Assembly: GCF_003367075.2 (NCBI RefSeq)
Contig: NZ_CP065936.1
Location: 2,130,001 to 2,162,000, forward strand
Direction: 5' to 3'
Origin: Cylindrospermopsis raciborskii Cr2010
GTDB taxonomy: Bacteria; Cyanobacteriota; Cyanobacteriia; Cyanobacteriales; Nostocaceae
DNA: 32,000 nucleotides
The position numbers and the translations under genes are program-made. The notes under the pieces are model-generated. The model ran no database searches, was not told where the DNA came from, and was given only the letters and a program-made list of their open reading frames with translations. Shown piece by piece: positions 26,374-32,000 of this stretch (the stretch's first letter is position 1; every line of letters begins with the position of its first letter).

Positions 26374-28572
26374 CCCACATTCCGCACCCTCAACTATCGG
26401 GGAGGGAAATTACTGAGATAAAAATCAAAGTTAGCATAAAAATAAACATAGAGAGTGAAAAAAGCATTCGAGAAACAGTAAATCAGCAAAAATGTCATCA
26501 AAATCTATTCTCAATAAGCAGCAATAAGAATTCACATTACCCAGAGAGGTGAACAAATAAATAAAATTAAGATATTCAAGGTAAAATCATAAAATAGACT
26601 AATTTTTCCAGGGTAAAAACAAGATTATAGACATAGCAAAATGGAGCTGTAAATCAAATAGCTCATTTAAACATGATAAATTAAATTGATAGAGACAATA
26701 ATTAAGTTACTAATCGATAGTAACGTAAACAATCATTTGGCAAAAGATTCAAGATAAAATCTCTATCTTTAGTCCAATTAGAGACTTGTTTTTCATTGTT
26801 ATATTCAACTAAATGAATACCCTGAAAGCATTGAAAAATCCAGCGTAAAGTAGGGCGGTTAGTTAGTTTACCTAATTGGTCTTTAATTGTTGATTTAGAC
26901 TCTCTGAGTGCGGCTCTAATTTCACGTTGAGCCAAAGTATAAACCAGTAAACATAAACCCATAATCATCCCCATTGACTCTATTCTTTTAGGACTTTTGA
27001 GGAAAATACTGTCTGCAAAAAATAATGGGTCTTTGAGAAAACGAAACCCTCTTTCACAACACTGCTGGGCTTTATATTCACTGAGCATGGAATCATTGCT
27101 CAGTTCCTTTGAATCCAAAACATTAGTAGCAATAATAAAACGTCCCGCACTCAGGGATTCTCTATTAATTTTACGTTCATCTTCCGAGACTTTTGCTAAT
27201 ATTTGATAGGATGTTTCTCCTGAACTATCTTTTTTATTAGATTTGACTTGAGTAACTGTACTCTCGTTAATTTTATGATATTTGAACTGTTTTGATAATT
27301 TTGATAATGCCTTGATAGCATCTGCTTCACAAGCAAATTCTTCTTGTGATAATTTTCTCAAATCTTGCACGGCTTTTGATTCTGATTTGATAATTTTTTG
27401 GGTGAGCTTACGCAAGTCTGATTCTCTCCTCTCTTGACTTTGCACTACTAACCATCTTTGTTCTATTCCGGCATAATTTTCTATTTTTGATGCTAGTTTA
27501 TATCCTGGTATTGTACTATCAATAAATTCTGATTCTGGTATTGTTAAGATTAATGATTTTGCCGCTTTTATACTTACTGGTACTCGACACAGCCAAGATA
27601 ATTCTGACATCATTTTCAGGTTTGATTCTGTATATAAAGCCGAATCAGCCACCATAAGACTATTAACTTCTAATTGTTTTTGATATTCTACTGCTATTTG
27701 ACCAAAACATGATGAATCTACTTGGTTGCCCGATGCTAGTTTTAAAAATATTGGCATGTCTCCATCTCCCGAACATATCATTTCTATAATGAATTGTTTT
27801 AAGTCTGGACGATGGTCACGAGAATAACCATAACTAATAGTTATTTCTTTTGGTAATTTCGCTGTCATTTCCTCTAATTCTTGGTTATCTCCTATTTTTT
27901 GACTCTCAAATATTACTTCTTGTAAGCTAGTGTTATACTTCCCATGTACGTGCATTGATGATGAGTCTAGATGTGATGTTGATAGTGATACTCCAAATTT
28001 TTGGGCAGCTTTTACTGCGATGATAAAAAAGATTGTACTCAATCCTTTTTCAAACATCTTATCCATGACTCTCCCCAGTTTATCATCGTTGAGATATTCT
28101 GGTTTTACTCCTGCTCCTATTAGATGTTCACAGGCTATTGTTTCAAAATATTCAGGAAACATATATAACGGTTTTGAGACAAATCCTAACCCGTTTATTA
28201 TCATGGCTTTTACTACTTGACCTGCATTTACTTTTTCGTCTTTTTCGACTCCTATCAATTCATTTATTATTTCCACTATTCCGATTGAATCTATTATTCC
28301 TGCTACTATCCCTAGATGGTCTATATTCTGAATTTCTATTTCTTCACTTTTTAATTTCACAACAGTTTCCTCTACTATTTCTGTTGCAATCAATTATTTC
28401 TTATTTGGTTATCAATTCTCTTTTTTGTTACCAAACTTTACTTTCTCACACCATGTCTCTATTAATGCTATTTATTCTCATTAAGCCCTTTAATCCCTGA
28501 ATTAATTTTAGTTATTATGTACTACATTAGGATCCTCTTTGATCTGTCACAGCTTAGGGTGCGGAATGTGGG
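26374..28572 (-). mobile_element. IS1634/IS4-type insertion sequence nested in the IS630 element
   Basis: Perfect 17-bp terminal inverted repeats: CCCACATTCCGCACCCT at 26374-26390 and its complement at 28556-28572. It is flanked by the direct 6-bp duplication ATTTAA (26368-26373 and 28573-28578). Length is 2199 bp with one long transposase ORF. Confidence 0.9.
26702..28393 (-). CDS. IS1634-family (IS4-related) DDE transposase
   Basis: 563-aa intact ORF. The N-terminal NIDHLGIVAGIIDSIGIVEIINE segment is typical of IS1634-group transposases. The family call is from memory. Confidence 0.85.
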   Translation of the reverse strand: MIATEIVEETVVKLKSEEIEIQNIDHLGIVAGIIDSIGIVEIINELIGVEKDEKVNAGQVVKAMIINGLGFVSKPLYMFPEYFETIACEHLIGAGVKPEYLNDDKLGRVMDKMFEKGLSTIFFIIAVKAAQKFGVSLSTSHLDSSSMHVHGKYNTSLQEVIFESQKIGDNQELEEMTAKLPKEITISYGYSRDHRPDLKQFIIEMICSGDGDMPIFLKLASGNQVDSSCFGQIAVEYQKQLEVNSLMVADSALYTESNLKMMSELSWLCRVPVSIKAAKSLILTIPESEFIDSTIPGYKLASKIENYAGIEQRWLVVQSQERRESDLRKLTQKIIKSESKAVQDLRKLSQEEFACEADAIKALSKLSKQFKYHKINESTVTQVKSNKKDSSGETSYQILAKVSEDERKINRESLSAGRFIIATNVLDSKELSNDSMLSEYKAQQCCERGFRFLKDPLFFADSIFLKSPKRIESMGMIMGLCLLVYTLAQREIRAALRESKSTIKDQLGKLTNRPTLRWIFQCFQGIHLVEYNNEKQVSNWTKDRDFILNLLPNDCLRYYRLVT

Positions 28573-28578
28573 ATTTAA

Positions 28579-29150
28579 AGCCCCAATCAGAGAAATATTT
28601 TTGCCCTTGTTTCCTGGTACGCTACCAATTGCTCTTTGTCCATCTTGGCTTCTGGCAAACAACCTTGACATCCCTAAATTTATCCCCGATTCATCTAAAA
28701 ACACTAAATTTCTAATATCAACTGTATCTACCCAACGACGATAATCATGCCTTAATTCTTGAACACGTGGAGTCTCCTGTTCACTGGCATTTAGACTTTT
28801 TTTTTATGACGTAGACCCAACTTTTCTAAGGCTCGATGCATGGTTGTGATACTAACACTAGTGCCCGTCGTTTCTCTCAGGCGATCGCACAATTCTGAAA
28901 GTAGTAAATCATTTTTCTCATCCAGCCAAGACTTGATCATGTTTAAATATTGGCCTGCAATTACAGGCTTTTCATATCCTCCACATTGCTTTGGCTCAAC
29001 TTGCCCAGTTTCACGATAACGACGTACTAAATTTCTCACAAATGATAAGCTGACCTTGAATCTTTCTGCCAACTGGCGTTGAGATCCCTCTTGAGCAACC
29101 CATGCTACAATCACGCGATTACGCAAATCTATTGAATAAGGTTTTGGCAT
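28579..29150 (-). pseudogene. IS630-family transposase, N-terminal part (HTH domain, then -1 frame continuation to the first DDE Asp)
   Basis: Frame 0 (29150-28791) gives MPKPYSIDLRNRVI...LGLRHKKKV*. After an A9 run (28797-28805), the -1 frame continues as SLNASEQETPRVQELRHDYRRWVDTVDIRNLVFLDESGINLG...KNISLIGALN up to the nested-IS junction. Confidence 0.8.
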
Positions 29151-29342
29151 ATAATTTGACAGTACTTCTACTCTATTTTAGTTTATTACCCTTATTATAG
29201 CTTATCTTATTTTGTAGTTTAACTACATGAAAATTGCTGTAAATTTAGCTCAATACTAAATCCCAGCTAGATATATTGGGAAAGTGGATACATGATATTG
29301 TATGATCAACGCAATTAACTGCTGGTTATACCCCTAGTCCCT

Positions 29343-30698
29343 ATGACTGTTACGGCCACTTTGTCCCAATTAGCTGCTGTTCTCTCAGCTTCTCTCGTAA
29401 ATATACCTTCATCCAGCCTTTCTCAAATTATTGTGGGTATTCAAACAGATACCAGGGTGTTGCAACCGGGTGAAGTTTTTCTAGCCCTAGGAGGTGAAAA
29501 ATTTGATGGACACCAGTTTGTCGAAATGGCGATCGCCCGAGGTGCTGTTGCTGCTATTGTAGATTATACTTACAATTATCATAATTTACCTGTAATAAAA
29601 GTATCAAATACTTTAAATGCATACCAGGAACTGGCTAAATGGTGGAGAGGTCAGTTTGGGATTCCTGTAATTGGAGTGACTGGGTCAGTGGGGAAAACCA
29701 CAACCAAGGAGTTAATTGCAGCGGTATTGGGGACAAGAGGAAAAGTTCACAAAACCCATGGAAATTTCAATAATGAAATTGGTGTTCCTAAAACCTTGTT
29801 GGAATTATCTCAGGGGGATGATTTTGCTGTGATAGAAATGGCTATGCGAGGGAGAGGGCAAATTGCAGAACTAACCCATATCGCTAAACCGAATATAGGT
29901 GTAATTACTAATGTGGGAACAGCACATATTGAATTACTAGGTTCGGAACAGGCGATCGCTGAAGCTAAATGTGAGCTATTGGAGGAAATGTCTAATGATA
30001 GTGTGGCGGTTCTTAACTATGATAATCCCCTATTAATGGCTACTGCTAAGCAGGTGTGGTCGGGTGAAGTAATTACTTATGGATTTTCTGGAGGAGATAT
30101 TCAAGGGAAGTTAGTGGATTATCAAAAGATAGAGGTAGGGGGAATGACTTTACCCCTACCCCTAGCTGGAGTTCATAATGGGAGTAATTTTTTAGCAGCA
30201 CTAGCAGTGGCTAAAGTATTAGGTGTGGATTGGAAACTGTTAGAAGCTGGAATAAACGTGACTATGCCACAAGGGCGATCGCAAAGTTGGAAGTTGCCCA
30301 GGGACATTATGATTTTAGATGAAACCTATAATGCTGCACCAGAAGCAATGTTAGCAGCTTTAGAGCTATTGGCACAGACTCCTGGAAGGAGAAAAATTGC
30401 TGTTTTGGGTGCTATGAAGGAATTGGGGGAAAGATCTACTAAACTGCATCAACAAGTGGGGGAAACAGTGAAAAAATTGAACCTGGATGGTCTATTAGTT
30501 TTAGTTGATAGTCCAGATGCAGAAACAATTGCTACTAGTGCTCAGGGGATACCCTGCGAACGTTGTCATAACCATAGTGATTTGGTTTCCCTGTTAAAAA
30601 CCTACGTACAACCAGGCGATCGCTTATTATTTAAAGCTGCTCATTCCGTTGGATTAGAAAAAGTTGTTCAGCAATTCTGCGGGGAGATAAATTCTTAA
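29343..30698 (+). CDS. murF: UDP-N-acetylmuramoyl-tripeptide--D-alanyl-D-alanine ligase
   Basis: 451-aa ORF with the Mur ligase P-loop GVTGSVGKTTTKE and typical MurF layout and length. Confidence 0.9.
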   Translation: MTVTATLSQLAAVLSASLVNIPSSSLSQIIVGIQTDTRVLQPGEVFLALGGEKFDGHQFVEMAIARGAVAAIVDYTYNYHNLPVIKVSNTLNAYQELAKWWRGQFGIPVIGVTGSVGKTTTKELIAAVLGTRGKVHKTHGNFNNEIGVPKTLLELSQGDDFAVIEMAMRGRGQIAELTHIAKPNIGVITNVGTAHIELLGSEQAIAEAKCELLEEMSNDSVAVLNYDNPLLMATAKQVWSGEVITYGFSGGDIQGKLVDYQKIEVGGMTLPLPLAGVHNGSNFLAALAVAKVLGVDWKLLEAGINVTMPQGRSQSWKLPRDIMILDETYNAAPEAMLAALELLAQTPGRRKIAVLGAMKELGERSTKLHQQVGETVKKLNLDGLLVLVDSPDAETIATSAQGIPCERCHNHSDLVSLLKTYVQPGDRLLFKAAHSVGLEKVVQQFCGEINS

Positions 30699-30730
30699 TA
30701 ATGGACAAATTTATGAAAGCAGGTTGAAAA

Positions 30731-31851
30731 ATGACCATTGGAATTTGGATTTTAGGAGATCAACTCAGTTTTCACCACCCAGCTTTACAAGAGTTGACCA
30801 TGGAACGTGACCAGATCTCGATTATTCTCATCGAATCCATGGCCTATGCCCAGAAACGTCCCTACCACCGTCAAAAACTGGTGTTGGTATGGTCAGCAAT
30901 GCGCCATTTTGCCCGGGAACTGGGCCAGCAGGGATGGCAAGTTACCTATGAGATAGCTCCCGAGTTCTTCAGTGCCCTGACTAACTGGCAACAAACCCAT
31001 AGTATTACCGAACTATGGATCATGGAACCGGGCGATCGCCCCTTCATCCAATTTATCAATCAGCTCAACCTAACCTGTTCTATCCACTGGTTACCCAATA
31101 ACCTATTCTTATGGAAAGAGTCAGAATTTACCCACTGGGCCCAGGGACGCAAGCGATTACTTTTGGAAGACTTTTACCGGGAGGGACGCAAGCGGTTTAA
31201 TGTATTAATGGAAGAGGGTAAACCCGTTAGTGGGCAGTGGAACTTAGATAAACAGAATCGCAAACCACCAAAGAAGGGTCTCGCATCTCCCCCTGCTCTT
31301 TGGTTCCCTCCTGACCCTACCACCCAAGCGGTAATTACCCATGTGCGTAACCACTTTCCCCATGGTTATGGAGAGGTGGACACTTTTAGATGGGCAGTGA
31401 CCCGATCCCAGGCCCGCAAGGTTTTATCCCACTTTCTGGAAACCCGCTTACCGAATTTTGGTCCTTACCAAGATGCTATGGTGACGGGTGAAGACACTCT
31501 ATGGCATGCCCTCCTATCCCCCTATCTGAACCTGGGTTTACTGCACCCTATGGAAGTAATTCAAGCTGTCCAAGAAGAATACAACAGACACCAGCTAAAT
31601 CTCAATAGTGTGGAGGGGTTCGTCCGGCAAATTTTGGGGTGGCGTGAGTACATGCGCGGAGTATATATCTACCAAAGCCACTTTATTGGGATTTTTTAGC
31701 CCGTCACCGACAAAAACTCCAGTCCCAAGGGCGACTAAATTTAATCCTATCCCAGTTAGATCGAATTCCTCCTGAAGAATTAGCCATGATGCAAAACCAG
31801 TCTGATGCGTACAGATTAAATCATCTTGGTCTTCCTAATGTAGTAATATAG
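30731..31851 (+). pseudogene. cryptochrome/photolyase family gene of the FeS-BCP (PhrB/CryB, COG3046) type with internal out-of-frame deletion
   Basis: The N-terminal 322-aa ORF (WILGDQLS..., EGFVRQILGWREYMRGVY) stops at 31699. The family's C-terminal end (PLYWDFLARHRQKLQSQGRLNLILSQLDRIPPEE...) reads on from ~31675 to 31851 in a different frame. The intervening part of the family is absent. Confidence 0.75.
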
Positions 31852-32000
31852 ACAACTGCCTCATCAATAGGAATACCTAAAATATCATTAACCTGATTAT
31901 CAAAAAAACCACCAACACCACTAACACCTAAATTAAGATGAATTGCTGCCAAATTTAGTCTTTGTCCTAGGTGACCTGCATCAAGATGTAAATAACGGTA
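31821..32000 (-). CDS. C-terminal end of a nitroreductase-fold (SagB/ThcOx-like) protein; 5' part outside the window
   Basis: My own translation of the minus strand gives YRYLHLDAGHLGQRLNLAAIHLNLGVSGVGGFFDNQVNDILGIPIDEAVVYITTLGRPR*, open to the window edge. The family call is from pattern memory only. Confidence 0.5.
   Translation of the reverse strand, partial: YRYLHLDAGHLGQRLNLAAIHLNLGVSGVGGFFDNQVNDILGIPIDEAVVYITTLGRPR

Larger units (their letters stand above)
25985..29241 (-). mobile_element. IS630-family insertion sequence, inactivated by a nested IS
   Basis: Terminal inverted repeats are TACAGCAGTTTTCATGTA (25985-26002) and TACATGAAAATTGCTGTA (29224-29241), matching 17/18 and extending imperfectly to ~30 bp. 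TA is present at both outer ends, as expected for IS630/Tc1-mariner. The three transposase fragments join into one DDE transposase once the nested element is removed. Confidence 0.85.

Noticed and set aside
26325-28744. ORFs 26325-26552, 26997-27206, 27930-28220, 28138-28500, 28517-28744 and 28522-28704
   Set aside because: They are either antisense shadows of the IS1634 transposase gene or chimeric frames crossing IS junctions. For example, 28522-28704 is IS630 transposase sequence reading into the nested element's inverted repeat.
1-32000. Search for tRNA, rRNA, tmRNA or CRISPR arrays in intergenic regions (3248-3490, 11095-11665, 24209-24705, 25615-25849)
   Set aside because: I found no T-loop-like GGTTCGAATCC motif, no cloverleaf-compatible segment, no rRNA-like conserved block and no repeat-spacer architecture. 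The scan was by eye only, so a small ncRNA cannot be excluded.

Overview
This is a chromosomal window from a cyanobacterium. It has a frequent HIP1 octamer (GCGATCGC) and carries acsF, a plastoquinone-type ubiD, DUF1995 and an Hsp17-type sHSP. The Nostocales-like impression is unverified. Most of the window is ordinary housekeeping: ALDH-bioF, ruvA, acsF, hsp20, ubiD, an OYE reductase, lnt, gyrA, an HDAC-type deacetylase and murF.

Four places are not ordinary.
(1) A 2045-bp AT-rich cassette at 19364-21408 holds only a beta-class DPPY DNA methyltransferase and an overlapping ~375-411 aa ORF that I cannot place in any family. It is inserted exactly at the overlapping gyrA/lnt junction and is bracketed by 328/329-bp direct repeats of that junction. 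Both host genes stay intact and a dead copy of each gene end remains. No integrase, transposase or terminal inverted repeats are present. This is the best candidate for a mobile or undescribed defence unit.
(2) An IS630-family element (25985-29241, TA-flanked) is split by a nested IS1634/IS4-type element (26374-28572, 17-bp IRs, 6-bp ATTTAA duplication).
(3) An FeS-BCP/(6-4)-photolyase-type gene has an internal out-of-frame deletion.
(4) A 1365-aa protein combines phytase-like, RTX, cadherin-like and DUF4114-like regions.

Smaller oddities: an ALDH with Ser at the canonical nucleophile position, translationally coupled to bioF; an sHSP with a triplicated N-terminal 9-aa motif; a Zn-ribbon ORF paired with a protein carrying a duplicated module. 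I saw no tRNA, rRNA or CRISPR array.
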